Shown here one piece after another: positions 20,925-32,031 of a stretch of 64,000 nt of DNA. Below the pieces are notes generated by a model. That model did no database searches and was not told the DNA's origin. It saw only the letters and a program-made list of their open reading frames with translations. Where the stretch lies: assembly GCA_963836075.1 (NCBI GenBank), contig CAWIIB010000008.1, positions 170,093 to 234,092 of the forward strand. Reading direction: 5' to 3'. Each line of letters begins with the position of its first letter. Positions within the stretch are counted from its first letter, which is position 1. The position numbers and the translations under genes were made by a program. The stretch comes from an uncultured Acidobacteriota bacterium (GTDB lineage Bacteria; Acidobacteriota; JAQAZP01).

Positions 20925-22322
20925 TCAGGGCTGCAGCCGCGGCAGCAGTTTATAACGGTTGCAATGTTCGGCCAGGCGGTTCAGGCGGTCCATCCGCACC
21001 GGCAGGACATTCTCCTTGTGCGTCCAGTATTTCCAGGTGTCGGAATTCGACGCCTCCCAGCCGTCCAACTGGATTCCCATCTCCTGGTGCCGGTCATGCA
21101 GGGGCGCGTGCTCGAGGATGTGCAGCGGATACCCGAAGGTCACGTCGGTGACCGAGGGCTCATCCGAGTAGCGGGTCACCAGGTTCAGCGTCTGCTGGAA
21201 GTCGTCCTCGGTCTCGGTGGGGTACCCCACCATCAGATACATGAAGACCTTGATCCCGGTGCGTGAGCAGGAGCGGACAAAGCTGTCCAGCTCGCGGTTG
21301 GAGAAGCGCTTGCCCATGTGCCATCGCACCGCCTCGCTTCCCGATTCCACCCCCACCTTGAGCCGCGTGCAGCCGGCCTGCTTCAGCAGGTCATAGTCCT
21401 CTTCGGTGATTTTCCCCTCTGGCGGGCAGATGAAGTAGGCGTCCCACTGGAAGGGGTCGCTGTGCTCCTGCCGGTAGAACTCGGTCAACCCGGTGCAGAG
21501 TTCCCGGAGATAGGTGGTGGACGCGTTGAGGGTGGGGTCGGCGATGGACTGGACCCGCTTGCCGTAGGTGCGGAAGTTGTGGATCATTTCGGCGGCCACC
21601 TTGGAACCCGTGGCGCGCCGGTAGCCGCCGATCATCCCCCGGGTGGCGCAGAAGGTGCAGTTGCCGATACAGCCCTTGGCGCCCTGGACATAGAGGCAGT
21701 CGTATTTCCGCATGGAGAGGTCCGAATAGTCCGGGAAGGGGATCGCCTCCAGGTTCTCGTTGCAGTGCCGGCCGTTGCCGTTGATGCCCGGCCCGTTGAG
21801 GTCGCCATTGAGGATCGCCACCAGCGGCTCCTCCCCGTCCCCCTCCACGAAGGCGTCGATTAACCCCTCGGCCAGCAGTGTGCGGTTGAGACGCACCGCC
21901 CCCAGGCCGCCGAGCACGATTCGGGCCCCGGGCTCCAGCTCCTTGATCGCCTGGCAGAGTTCGCGGGTGATGATCTGACCGCTCCGTTTCTGGGAGTGCA
22001 TGCTCAGCCCGATCCAGCGGGGATTGCGGGAGAGCAGCGTGCGGGCCCAGCGGTGAATGATCTTGTCCAGGAGATCCTGGCGAAAACGTGCGAGGTGCCG
22101 GTGGTCGGCAAAGATCTGGTGGTAGGTGGCGAGCCCTTCGCGTTTCAGCCAGCGACGGGCCTTGCGGCCCACCAGTTTGTGCAGCAGGTCATGGTTGAAG
22201 TCGTAACACCGGGAACGGAATCCGGCATTGTTCAATGTCGCTTTGAGCAGGAAGGGGGAGAGCAGCGGCGCGTTCATCTCCACCACCGGCATGGCACAGA
22301 GCAGGCAATCATATCCGGACAT
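20925..22322 (-). CDS. B12-binding radical SAM protein
   Basis: P.LLKA.L...G...DFN N-terminus; LGG, GDGE, PFPDYSD, KGCIGNCTFC, GVESGS, MVGYPTET. Confidence 0.9.
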   Translation of the reverse strand: MSGYDCLLCAMPVVEMNAPLLSPFLLKATLNNAGFRSRCYDFNHDLLHKLVGRKARRWLKREGLATYHQIFADHRHLARFRQDLLDKIIHRWARTLLSRNPRWIGLSMHSQKRSGQIITRELCQAIKELEPGARIVLGGLGAVRLNRTLLAEGLIDAFVEGDGEEPLVAILNGDLNGPGINGNGRHCNENLEAIPFPDYSDLSMRKYDCLYVQGAKGCIGNCTFCATRGMIGGYRRATGSKVAAEMIHNFRTYGKRVQSIADPTLNASTTYLRELCTGLTEFYRQEHSDPFQWDAYFICPPEGKITEEDYDLLKQAGCTRLKVGVESGSEAVRWHMGKRFSNRELDSFVRSCSRTGIKVFMYLMVGYPTETEDDFQQTLNLVTRYSDEPSVTDVTFGYPLHILEHAPLHDRHQEMGIQLDGWEASNSDTWKYWTHKENVLPVRMDRLNRLAEHCNRYKLLPRLQP

Positions 22323-22432
22323 TTTTTGTCATACCTCGTGGACCGACCACCGGGGTCCGGGCGGGTCTCAGCACTGTTGCGTTATACTACCATATACTGA
22401 ATACCCGGATGACAGCTGTGAGGAGCAAGTCG

Positions 22433-23185
22433 ATGAGCATGCACCACGAACGGCAGGAGGACATTGCCCTGGTCACCCTGGACCGCGGGGCGACCCACGC
22501 CATCCACCAGCAGACGATCAGCGACCTGCTGGAGCTGCTGGAGGAGCTGGCCGGCGACGAGGCGGTGCGCGGCCTGGTGCTGGACAGCGCCAACCACAAG
22601 TTCTTCTCCATCGGGTTCGACATCCCCCGCCTGCTGGAGATGTCAACCGAGGAGATGGGCCGCTTCTACCACGACTTCAACTCCCTCTGCCTGCGGCTCT
22701 ACACCTTCCCCAAACCCACCGCGGCGGCCATCACCGGCCACGCCATCGCCGGCGGCTGCATCCTGGCCCTCTGCTGCGACCACCGCTTCATCGCCGAGGG
22801 GAGAAAGCTGATGGGGGTCAACGAGCTGAAACTCGGTGTCCCGGTGCCGTATCTCGCCCAGCGGGTGCTGGCCAGGGTCTGCGGCGAATCCACGGCGCAG
22901 ATGGTGGTGGAGTCCGGGGACCTCTACGACGCGGCCCGTCTGCTGGAACTGGGGCTGGTTGACCGCGTACTGCCCCTGGAGGAGGTGCGGCCGGTGGCCC
23001 TGGGCCGGGTGGCGGAGCTGGGCACCCTGCCAGCCCGGGCCTTTGCCGGCTCCAAACTGAACCGGGTGGATGCGCTGGCCGAACGGTTCCTGCGCCGGCG
23101 CGCCGAGCGGGAGCGGGCGTTCCTCGCCTGCTGGCACTCCGCCGAGGCCCAGCAGCTGCTGCGGGAAGCGGCGAAAAAGTTCTGA
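22433..23185 (+). CDS. Enoyl-CoA hydratase/isomerase family protein
   Basis: FFSIGFDI, PKPTAAAITGHAIAGGC.LAL.CD.R, NE.KLG; AGGAG RBS at 22421. Confidence 0.93.
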   Translation: MSMHHERQEDIALVTLDRGATHAIHQQTISDLLELLEELAGDEAVRGLVLDSANHKFFSIGFDIPRLLEMSTEEMGRFYHDFNSLCLRLYTFPKPTAAAITGHAIAGGCILALCCDHRFIAEGRKLMGVNELKLGVPVPYLAQRVLARVCGESTAQMVVESGDLYDAARLLELGLVDRVLPLEEVRPVALGRVAELGTLPARAFAGSKLNRVDALAERFLRRRAERERAFLACWHSAEAQQLLREAAKKF

Positions 23186-23202
23186 CAGCAAAGGGGGGAA
23201 AG

Positions 23203-24279
23203 ATGGTTCGGGTGGCCGACCTGCACTGTGACACGATCATCAAATACCAGGCCGGGGCCGACCTGGCGGTCGACGACCCGCAGCTGGACGTCAGCCTCCC
23301 CTCGCTGGAGCGGGGCCAGGTGGGGCTGCAGGTCTTCGCCTGCTTCGTCTCTTCGGTGCTGCCCGAGAAGCGGGCGGTGGCCGAGGCTCGGATCCTGCTC
23401 GGCCTGGTTGACAAGTTCTGCCGGCGGTACCCCGACCGGGTCCAGCGGGTGCAGACAGCCAGTGAAGTGGCCGAGGCCTGGGAGGCCGGCCGGATGGCGG
23501 TGGTCCCGGCGGTGGAGAACGGGCACGCCATCGGCGGCGACCTGGCCAATCTCCAGCGGCTGCGCGAGGCCGGCGCGCGCAGCATGACCCTGACCCACGC
23601 CGCCCACCTCTCCTGGGCCGCCTCTTCCGGCAAGCCGCTGGAGGATGTTTCCGGGCTGACGGCTTTTGGCGAGAAGGTGGTGGCGGCGATGAACGAGATG
23701 GAGATGATCATCGACGTCTCCCACGTCCATGAAACCACTTTCGATGACGTGGTCCGTCTTTCCCGCAAGCCGTTCATCGCCTCCCACTCCTGTGCCTCGG
23801 CGCTCTGCCCCATCCCGCGCAATCTCACCGACGACCAGATCCGGGCGGTGGCCGATTCCGGGGGGATGGTGGGGATCAACTTTTTCCCCGGGTTTCTCGA
23901 CCTGCCGTACTGGGACCATCTGCTGGAGACCTGCGGCGACCTGTTCACCAGCCTCGACCGCCTGGAACTGGAAAAAATGGACGATCCGGCGGCGCGGATC
24001 GAGGGGTTCCGCCTGTTTGGCGAGGACCTGGAGCAGCGGATGGCCGGACTGCCGGTGGGCCTGGAGCGGGTGGCGGACCACGTGGAGCACGTGGTCTCCC
24101 TGGTGGGGGACGAGTGCGTGGGCTTCGGCTCCGATTTCGACGGCGTCCCCACCCTGCCCGAGGGCATCACCGGCAGCGGCAGCTTCCCGGCCATTCTCGA
24201 GGCCCTGCGCCGCCGCGGATTCAGCGAAGTGTCCCTCGAGCGGATCGCCTCGGGCAACTTCCTCCGCATCCTGGGTTAA
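23203..24279 (+). CDS. Membrane dipeptidase family (M19) peptidase
   Basis: DLHCD, VENG, IDVSH, ASHS, RNLTDDQ, GFGSDFDG. Confidence 0.93.
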   Translation: MVRVADLHCDTIIKYQAGADLAVDDPQLDVSLPSLERGQVGLQVFACFVSSVLPEKRAVAEARILLGLVDKFCRRYPDRVQRVQTASEVAEAWEAGRMAVVPAVENGHAIGGDLANLQRLREAGARSMTLTHAAHLSWAASSGKPLEDVSGLTAFGEKVVAAMNEMEMIIDVSHVHETTFDDVVRLSRKPFIASHSCASALCPIPRNLTDDQIRAVADSGGMVGINFFPGFLDLPYWDHLLETCGDLFTSLDRLELEKMDDPAARIEGFRLFGEDLEQRMAGLPVGLERVADHVEHVVSLVGDECVGFGSDFDGVPTLPEGITGSGSFPAILEALRRRGFSEVSLERIASGNFLRILG

Positions 24280-24293
24280 AAACTCTTTTTGCC

Positions 24294-24418
24294 TGTCATC
24301 AGCTGAGCATTTGTCTTGATTCGACTCCGGCACTGTTGTTCCTGAGCGACGTCGGAGCGTCCGCGACCGGAGCGAGGGCAACAGTGCCGGAGTCGAATCA
24401 AATCACGGCGGGATGACA
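24294..24418. repeat. Palindromic REP/MITE-like element
   Basis: 23-bp perfect inverted repeat TTGATTCGACTCCGGCACTGTTG (24316-24338) / CAACAGTGCCGGAGTCGAATCAA (24379-24401), with outer ends TGTCATC...GATGACA. Confidence 0.7.
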
Positions 24419-24463
24419 AAAAAATCCCCGGGACCAGGGGGATGTTTGGTCCCGGGGCAAAAA
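24418..24463 (-). terminator. Intrinsic terminator downstream of ftsZ
   Basis: CCCCGGGACCA...TGGTCCCGGGG stem with an A-run on its left (U-tract on the minus strand). Confidence 0.7.
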
Positions 24464-24568
24464 GGGAGAATGAGATGACTGAGAGCTTTCGGGTCCCTTC
24501 CCGGGGGCCCGGCTCTCATCCGTATCGCCGGGGGAGATCGTAGTCTTCCCCGGCTGGACTATTCAGTT

Positions 24569-25936
24569 TCAGTCCATCTTCCTTCTCATGAAGGTCGGCA
24601 CGTCGAGGTTGTTGCGGTCCACCTCCATGTGCGGGCCGTAGCCCTCCATGATGCTGTCGTCGCTCAGGTCGGGCAGCGACGTGTCTTCCGGCTCTTCCAC
24701 CACGGGCGGGGCGCTCTTCATCCGCCCGAACAGCGACTTGCGCGGAGGCGTCTTTTCCTGCATCACGATTCCCGGCCGGCTGTCGTCGAGGCTGCCCTGG
24801 CGCAGGCCGGTGTCCCGGGACGGCTTACCGAAGGTCTGGTTCGGGTCGCCCAGGTCCGCACGGGTGATCTGCTGCGGCTCCTCCATGCCGATCTGGCGGG
24901 CGTTGGTGGTGCTGGGCAGTGGTTTTTCCTTGCGCCGCTCGAAGCCGGTGGCGATCACCGTGATCTTCACCCGGCCCTCCATCGTCTCGTCCACCACCGT
25001 GCCGAAGATGATGTTGGCGTCTTCAGCAGCCGATTCCTGGATGATCCTCGAGGCTTCGCTGACCTCGTAGAGGGTCATGTCGCGCCCGCCGGTGACGTTG
25101 ATCAGCACGCCCCTGGCGCCGTCGATGGAGGCCTCCTCCAGCAGCGGGCTGGAGATGGCGCGCTGGGCCGCTTCCACGGCGCGGTTGTCGCCGTTGCCCA
25201 GGCCGGTGCCCATCACCGCCATGCCCATCCCCTTCATCACCGTGCGCACGTCGGCGAAATCGAGGTTGATGTCGCCGGGGATGGTGATCAGGTCGGAGAT
25301 GCCCTGCACCGCCTGGCGCAGCACGTCGTCGGCCACGGCAAAGGCCTCGGTGATCGAGGTGCCCTGGTCGATGGTGTGCAGCAGCCGCTCGTTGGGGATG
25401 GTGATGATGGTGTCCACGTGTTCGCGCAGTTCCAGCAGCCCCTCTTCGGCCTGGGCCATCCGCTTCTTGCCCTCGAAACGGAAAGGCCGGGTCACCACCG
25501 CCACGGTGAGCGCGCCCAGCTCGGAGGCCAGGCTGGCCACGATGGGCGCTGCTCCGGTTCCCGTGCCGCCCCCCAGTCCGGCGGTGATGAAAACCATGTC
25601 CGAGCCGTCGAGGATCTCGATGATCTTGCCCGTGTCCTCGATGGCCGCCTGGCGACCGACGTCCGGGTCGGCGCCGGCGCCGAGACCCTTGGTCAGTTTG
25701 CTGCCCAGCTGGACCTTCACCGGGGCGCTGGAGCTGCAGAGGGCCTGGTTGTCCGTGTTCATCGCCACGAACTCGATCCCCTCCAGCCGCGCCCGGACCA
25801 TGCGGTTCACGGCGCTGCTGCCGCCTCCGCCGATCCCCACGACACGGATCTGGGCTCCGGGAAGGGATTCCTCCTCGAAGGTGAGGCTCAATCCCCTCTC
25901 GTCCGGTTCTTTCTTCTCGTCGTTCGACCTTTTCAT
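24569..25936 (-). CDS. ftsZ: Cell division protein FtsZ
   Basis: [10 protein letters not shown] tubulin motif, INLDFAD, C-terminal LDVPTFMRR. Confidence 0.99.
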   Translation of the reverse strand: MKRSNDEKKEPDERGLSLTFEEESLPGAQIRVVGIGGGGSSAVNRMVRARLEGIEFVAMNTDNQALCSSSAPVKVQLGSKLTKGLGAGADPDVGRQAAIEDTGKIIEILDGSDMVFITAGLGGGTGTGAAPIVASLASELGALTVAVVTRPFRFEGKKRMAQAEEGLLELREHVDTIITIPNERLLHTIDQGTSITEAFAVADDVLRQAVQGISDLITIPGDINLDFADVRTVMKGMGMAVMGTGLGNGDNRAVEAAQRAISSPLLEEASIDGARGVLINVTGGRDMTLYEVSEASRIIQESAAEDANIIFGTVVDETMEGRVKITVIATGFERRKEKPLPSTTNARQIGMEEPQQITRADLGDPNQTFGKPSRDTGLRQGSLDDSRPGIVMQEKTPPRKSLFGRMKSAPPVVEEPEDTSLPDLSDDSIMEGYGPHMEVDRNNLDVPTFMRRKMD

Positions 25937-26027
25937 CTAGCCCATCCCCCCTGGTTCTGTTGGTGCCCGGCCTCCCGGGCGTTCTCCCCTGATCCCCTCA
26001 TCTCCCATCAACCGTTACAAGCAACTC

Positions 26028-27271
<1,244 letters not shown>

Positions 27272-27272
<1 letters not shown>

Positions 27273-28147
27273 CAGCTTCTCCCTTCTTCCCCCGTGCCCA
27301 GGATGGGCTTGACGATAACCCGGTCGTGGAAGCGGAGATCCACATACTGCAGGTTGCCGCCGTGTCGTTCTTCCAGTGTGTGTTCCAGCAGCCGGTAGCG
27401 TGCGAGCTTGTCGGTGTACCCGTCCTCACCCATCAGCACCGGGTATTCCCGGCCGGCGAAATAGATAATGGTGTTGTTCTTCTCGGTTACGTCTATCCGG
27501 TCCACCCGCGGTATGTCCCGGGACTGTTCCATGGTTTTCAGCTGCTGCGCCAGGGAGATGTTCTCCCGCACCAGCCCCTGGTGCGCTTCCCAGGCCGTCT
27601 CAGCGCTGAAGCCGGTGAGCAGCGGGAACCGGCCGGCCCACGCTTCCGATGCCGGCGGCTTCTCGATGATCTGGCCCAGCTGGTCCACCAGCAGCAGCCG
27701 GTCGCCGTGGCGGGCCAGGCCCACAGGCACCTTTTCTTCCACCCGCACCCGCAACCGGTCGGGCAGAATCCGTTTGATCGAGCAGGACTGCACCCAGCGG
27801 TGCTGCTCCACTTCCCGGGCCAGCCGGCCGAGGTGCAGGGAGAAGATGTTGGTCCGGCGCTCCACCGTGCGGTTCAGCGCGGCCAGCTCCGCCCGGTCCA
27901 CCCGCGGGCAGCTGTTGATCTCCAGGTCGACGACGCCGAAGGCCGGCGCCGAGCGCAGGTAGTGCAGCGCCTGCGCTCCGACCATCCACCCGGCCATGGC
28001 CGAGAGCAGAGTCAGCAGGGCGACGGAGGTCCAGGCGAAGATCCGCCGCCGCCGCCGTCTTTTGAGGCTCAGCCGGCGGGGGCGGGGGCCGCGCAGGAAC
28101 TGCTGGCTCTGCCTTTTGGCGGTGCTGTTTTTCTGACTGCCGCCCAT
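27272..28147 (-). CDS. ftsQ: Cell division protein FtsQ
   Basis: Basic N-terminus, TM, POTRA domain (WV....KRILPD.L.V.V.E), C-terminal YVDLRF. Confidence 0.93.
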
Positions 28148-28154
28148 GGTCGCC

Positions 28155-29543
28155 TCAGTCGGTTTCTCCGGTCAGCCGTTGCAGCAGGTCGCGTCCTGCC
28201 CGGTGTACGTCCCCCGCGCCCAGCGTGATCACCAGGTCGCCCTCTTTTACGCGGCTCTCCAGGAACGGCGCCACGTCCTGCACCTGGTTCACCAGGTGGA
28301 TTTTTTTCTGTCCGTACTGCCGTATGCCGTCCACCAGCATCTCGGCGTCCACCCCGTTGATCGGCTGCTCGCCGGCGGGGTAGACGTCGGTGACCACCAG
28401 TTCGTCGGCGTTGAGGAAGGAGCGGAAAAAATCCTCCCGCAGCAGGTTGACCCGGCTGAAGCGGTGGGGCTGAAAGATCACCACCGTGCGCTTGCGCCAG
28501 CCGTCCTTCACCGCGGCCAGGGTGGCCTGGATCTCGGTGGGGTGGTGGCCGTAGTCGTCCATCACCAGCACCCCTCCCGCCTGGCCCACGATCTGCATCC
28601 GGCGGTCCACGCCGCGGAATTTCTCCAGCCCCTCGCGAATCTGGTCGAAGGGCACTTCCAGGTCGAGCCCCACGCTCACCGCGGCCAGGGCATTGAGCAC
28701 GTTGTGCCGCCCGGGCCGCCGCAGGGTGATGGTTCCCAGCCGCGTGCCCCGGTGGCGGACGGCGAAGCTGGAGGTCAACTCCACCAGCTCCACGTCCTCC
28801 CCGGCCACGTCGGCCTGGGCCGCAAGCCCGAAGGTGATCACCCGCCGTTTGGCCTGGGGGATCAGGTTCTGCAGGCGGGGCTCGTCGAGGCAGAGAATCG
28901 CCGTGCCGTAAAAGGGCACCTGGTTGATGAAGCGGAGGAAGGCGGCCTCCACCTTTTCCATGTCGCCGTAGAAATCGAGGTGCTCGCTGTCGATGTTGGT
29001 CACCACGGCGATGGTGGGGGTCAGCTTGAGAAAGGTGCCGTCGCTCTCGTCCGCCTCGGCCACCATCAGGTCCCCGCTGCCCAGCTTGGCATTGGAGCCG
29101 AGGATGTCCAGCCGGCCGCCGATCACCACCGTGGGGTCCAGGCCGGCGTGGGACAGCACGTGGGCCACCATGGAGGTGGTGGAGGTTTTGCCGTGGGAGC
29201 CCGCGATGGCCACGCTGTACTTCATCCGCATCAGCTCGGCCAGCATCTCCGCCCGGGGGATCACCGGAATCATCGCCTGGCGGGCCGCTTCGGCTTCCAC
29301 ATTCTCCCGTCCCACCGCGGTGGAGGTGACCACCACGTCCGCGCCGGCAATGTTCTCCACCTTGTGGCCCACGGACACCCGGGCGCCGAGGCGGCCCAGC
29401 CGCTCGGTGGCCCGCGAGGCGCGGAGGTCCGAGCCGGTGACCCGGTAGTCCAGGTTGAGCAGCACCTCGGCGATGCCGCTCATCCCGATGCCGCCGATGC
29501 CCACGAAGTGGACCTGCCGTATTTTGCGGCCCATGGATTTCAT
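28155..29543 (-). CDS. murC: UDP-N-acetylmuramate--L-alanine ligase
   Basis: HFVGIGGIGMSGIA, GSHGKTSTT, EADESD, DDYGHHPTE. Confidence 0.98.
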   Translation of the reverse strand: MKSMGRKIRQVHFVGIGGIGMSGIAEVLLNLDYRVTGSDLRASRATERLGRLGARVSVGHKVENIAGADVVVTSTAVGRENVEAEAARQAMIPVIPRAEMLAELMRMKYSVAIAGSHGKTSTTSMVAHVLSHAGLDPTVVIGGRLDILGSNAKLGSGDLMVAEADESDGTFLKLTPTIAVVTNIDSEHLDFYGDMEKVEAAFLRFINQVPFYGTAILCLDEPRLQNLIPQAKRRVITFGLAAQADVAGEDVELVELTSSFAVRHRGTRLGTITLRRPGRHNVLNALAAVSVGLDLEVPFDQIREGLEKFRGVDRRMQIVGQAGGVLVMDDYGHHPTEIQATLAAVKDGWRKRTVVIFQPHRFSRVNLLREDFFRSFLNADELVVTDVYPAGEQPINGVDAEMLVDGIRQYGQKKIHLVNQVQDVAPFLESRVKEGDLVITLGAGDVHRAGRDLLQRLTGETD

Positions 29544-29550
29544 CTTCAGC

Positions 29551-30657
29551 TCACGTCCCCGCTGTTTCCCGGGGTCCGTCCCCGATCATTTCCATCACCA
29601 GCCCGGCAATCCGCTGCGCCGCATCGGGTCGCGCCAGGCTCCTCGCCGCTTCGGCCATGCGGTCCAGCCGTTCCCGGTCGGCCAGCAGCCCGGCCAGGGT
29701 TGCGGCCAGCGCGCCAGGGTCCAGTTCGTCCTGCCGGATCACCAGTCCCGCTCCAGCCCGGGCCGCAGCCTCGGCGTTCTGCGCCTGGTGGCCGCCGGTG
29801 GCCTGGGCGAAGGGCACGAAGACTGCCGGCCGTCCGGCCGCGGCCAGTTCGGCCACGGTACTTGCACCGGAGCGGCAGAGAGCCAGGCTGCACTGGGCCA
29901 TCGCCGCCGGCATTTCTTCGATAAATGCGCTGACCTCTGCTTCAACTCCAGCATGCTGGTACGCCTCCCTGACCCAGGGTTCGTCCTCGGTCCCGGTCTG
30001 GTGCCGAATGCGCAGCGTCACTCCCGAGCTGGACAATGCCGGCAGCGCCTCGCAGACCGCACGGTTGATCACCCGGGCGCCCCGGCTCCCGCCGAAGATC
30101 AGCAGCCCCGGCGGCGCGTTGCGGTCCGGCGGCCCGATCCCGGTGAAGTCCCTGCGCACCGGGTTGCCGGTGAGCACCGCCTTCCGCGGCCCGAAGGCCG
30201 CCACCGAGTCGGGGAAGGAGACCGCCACGGTGCGGGCCATCCGTCCCAGCAGCCGGTTGGCGAAACCGGGCGCCCAGTTCTGTTCCTGGACCAGCAGCGG
30301 GCGTCCCAGCAGCCGGCCGGCCAGGGCCACCGGGAACGAGGCGTAGCCGCCCACCCCCACCACAGCCTGGGGCCGGAAGGAGAGCAGAATGAACAACGCC
30401 TGGACCAGAGCCAGGGGCAGCAGCGCCAGGGACTGCAGCGTGTCCCACACCCCTTTGCCCCGCAGGCCCTTGACCCACAGCAGATACAGCTTGTATCCGC
30501 GGCCGGGAACGATCCGTTGTTCCATGCCGTAGCGGGAGCCCGCGAAGCGGAGCTCCATCCCCGGGGCCTGGCGGCGGAGTTCGCCGGCAATGGCCAGGGC
30601 AGGGAAGATGTGACCCCCGGTCCCGCCGCCGGTGACCAGTACCCGCTGTTGCGCCAT
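29551..30657 (-). CDS. murG: Lipid I N-acetylglucosamine transferase
   Basis: GGGTGGHIFP, GGYAS, EQN, GNPVR, GGSRGA, RSGAST..E, HQ..NA. Confidence 0.98.
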   Translation of the reverse strand: MAQQRVLVTGGGTGGHIFPALAIAGELRRQAPGMELRFAGSRYGMEQRIVPGRGYKLYLLWVKGLRGKGVWDTLQSLALLPLALVQALFILLSFRPQAVVGVGGYASFPVALAGRLLGRPLLVQEQNWAPGFANRLLGRMARTVAVSFPDSVAAFGPRKAVLTGNPVRRDFTGIGPPDRNAPPGLLIFGGSRGARVINRAVCEALPALSSSGVTLRIRHQTGTEDEPWVREAYQHAGVEAEVSAFIEEMPAAMAQCSLALCRSGASTVAELAAAGRPAVFVPFAQATGGHQAQNAEAAARAGAGLVIRQDELDPGALAATLAGLLADRERLDRMAEAARSLARPDAAQRIAGLVMEMIGDGPRETAGT

Positions 30658-30841
30658 GGTCCAGCCTTTCGCCGTTTTGCGTTTCCACGGTCAGCCGTGC
30701 CTCGGTCCGATCCGTCCGGTCCTGCGGTACAGAAAAAACCCCCATTGACGTCGCCCGACACAATCCGGCCCTGGGCGAGCATCCGCGGGGGTTCTTGCGG
30801 AGAAAAATTGAATTCTTCGTTTCTTTATTATTATTAAAAAT

Positions 30842-30870
30842 ATTGTAGGGATCGCAGCCCATCATGTCAA
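30842..30870 (-). promoter_or_regulatory. Internal sigma70 promoter upstream of murG
   Basis: Minus strand TTGACA-17 nt-TACAAT followed by an AT-rich tract, inside a ~280-bp gap between ftsW and murG. Confidence 0.78.
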
Positions 30871-30935
30871 CGGAATATCCCGTGTTTCCAGATGTTTTCC
30901 CGTTTTGCCGGTACTGAACGCAGCACCACGTCACC

Positions 30936-32030
30936 CTATTTTGAGAATTGCGAGATATTGAGCAGCAGTCCCATGCCGGCCAGGCTGACCACCAGCGAGG
31001 AGCCGCCGCTGGAGATCAGCGGCAGCGGCATCCCGGTGGTGGGCACCAGCCCGGTGGTGACGCTGATATTGGCCAGCCCCTGGAAGACGATCATCATCGT
31101 GATGCCGGCAGCCAGCAGACGGCCGAAGGGATCCCGGGCCCGGCGGGCCGCGTAGAGGCCCCGCCAGAGGATCACCATGTAAAGCCCGAGGATCATCAGG
31201 CAGCCGATCAGCCCGGTTTCCTCGCCCACCACGCCAAAGATGAAGTCGCTGGTGGGCTGGGGCAGAAAGTGCAGTTTCTGCTGGCCCTGGCCCAGGCCGA
31301 GGCCGCTGACCCCGCCGGTGGAGATGGCCATCAACGACTGGTTGAGCTGGAACGAGGCCCCCAGCGGGTCGGCTTCCGGGTCGAGGAACGAGGTCAGCCG
31401 CTGCAGGCGGAAGGGCCGCGAGAGGACCAGCAGCACCGCGCCGGCAAGACCGGCGGTGATGGCCGCGGCCAGGCCGGTCCAGCGGGCCCCGGCGAAGTAG
31501 AGCACCATCAGTCCCACCGCGCCGAGCACCGCCGCCGTGCCCAGGTCCTGGCCCAGGCCCACCAGCACCGCGGCCATGGCCAGCACCGCCAGCCCCACGG
31601 CCAGCGACTGGCGGTTCTCGCCCGGATGGTTTGCCGGGTCCGAGTAGTAGTAGGCGAAAAAAATGACCACTGCCAGCTTGACCGCCTCCGACGGCTGGAA
31701 GGTGGCCGGTCCAAAGCGGATGAAGCGGTTCACTCCGGCCACGGTGGGCTGGAACAGGGCCCAGACCAGCAGGAGAAAGACCAGCACCAGCCCGCCCCAG
31801 GCCAGCAGCGGGCGGTTCAGTTCCGGGTAGCTGCGCAGGGACATGGCGGCGTACATCGCCGCGCAGCCCAGCGCGGCCAGCAGCAGCTGCTTGGCCAGCG
31901 GCGTACCGATCCAGATCCCCCGGCCGATGCTCATGGCGGTGGAGGCGCTGGGCACCATCACCAGCCCGGCCAGGATGAGCAGCACCGTGGTGATGAAGAG
32001 CAGTGGGTCAAAGGCCAGTCGTTTCGCCAT
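30936..32030 (-). CDS. ftsW: SEDS protein FtsW
   Basis: FQPSE.VK, DLGT, GLGLGQGQQKL.FLP...SDFIF...GEE.G, PTTG.PLPLIS.GGSS; start set at MAKRLAF. Confidence 0.96.
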   Translation of the reverse strand: MAKRLAFDPLLFITTVLLILAGLVMVPSASTAMSIGRGIWIGTPLAKQLLLAALGCAAMYAAMSLRSYPELNRPLLAWGGLVLVFLLLVWALFQPTVAGVNRFIRFGPATFQPSEAVKLAVVIFFAYYYSDPANHPGENRQSLAVGLAVLAMAAVLVGLGQDLGTAAVLGAVGLMVLYFAGARWTGLAAAITAGLAGAVLLVLSRPFRLQRLTSFLDPEADPLGASFQLNQSLMAISTGGVSGLGLGQGQQKLHFLPQPTSDFIFGVVGEETGLIGCLMILGLYMVILWRGLYAARRARDPFGRLLAAGITMMIVFQGLANISVTTGLVPTTGMPLPLISSGGSSLVVSLAGMGLLLNISQFSK

Positions 32031-32031
32031 C

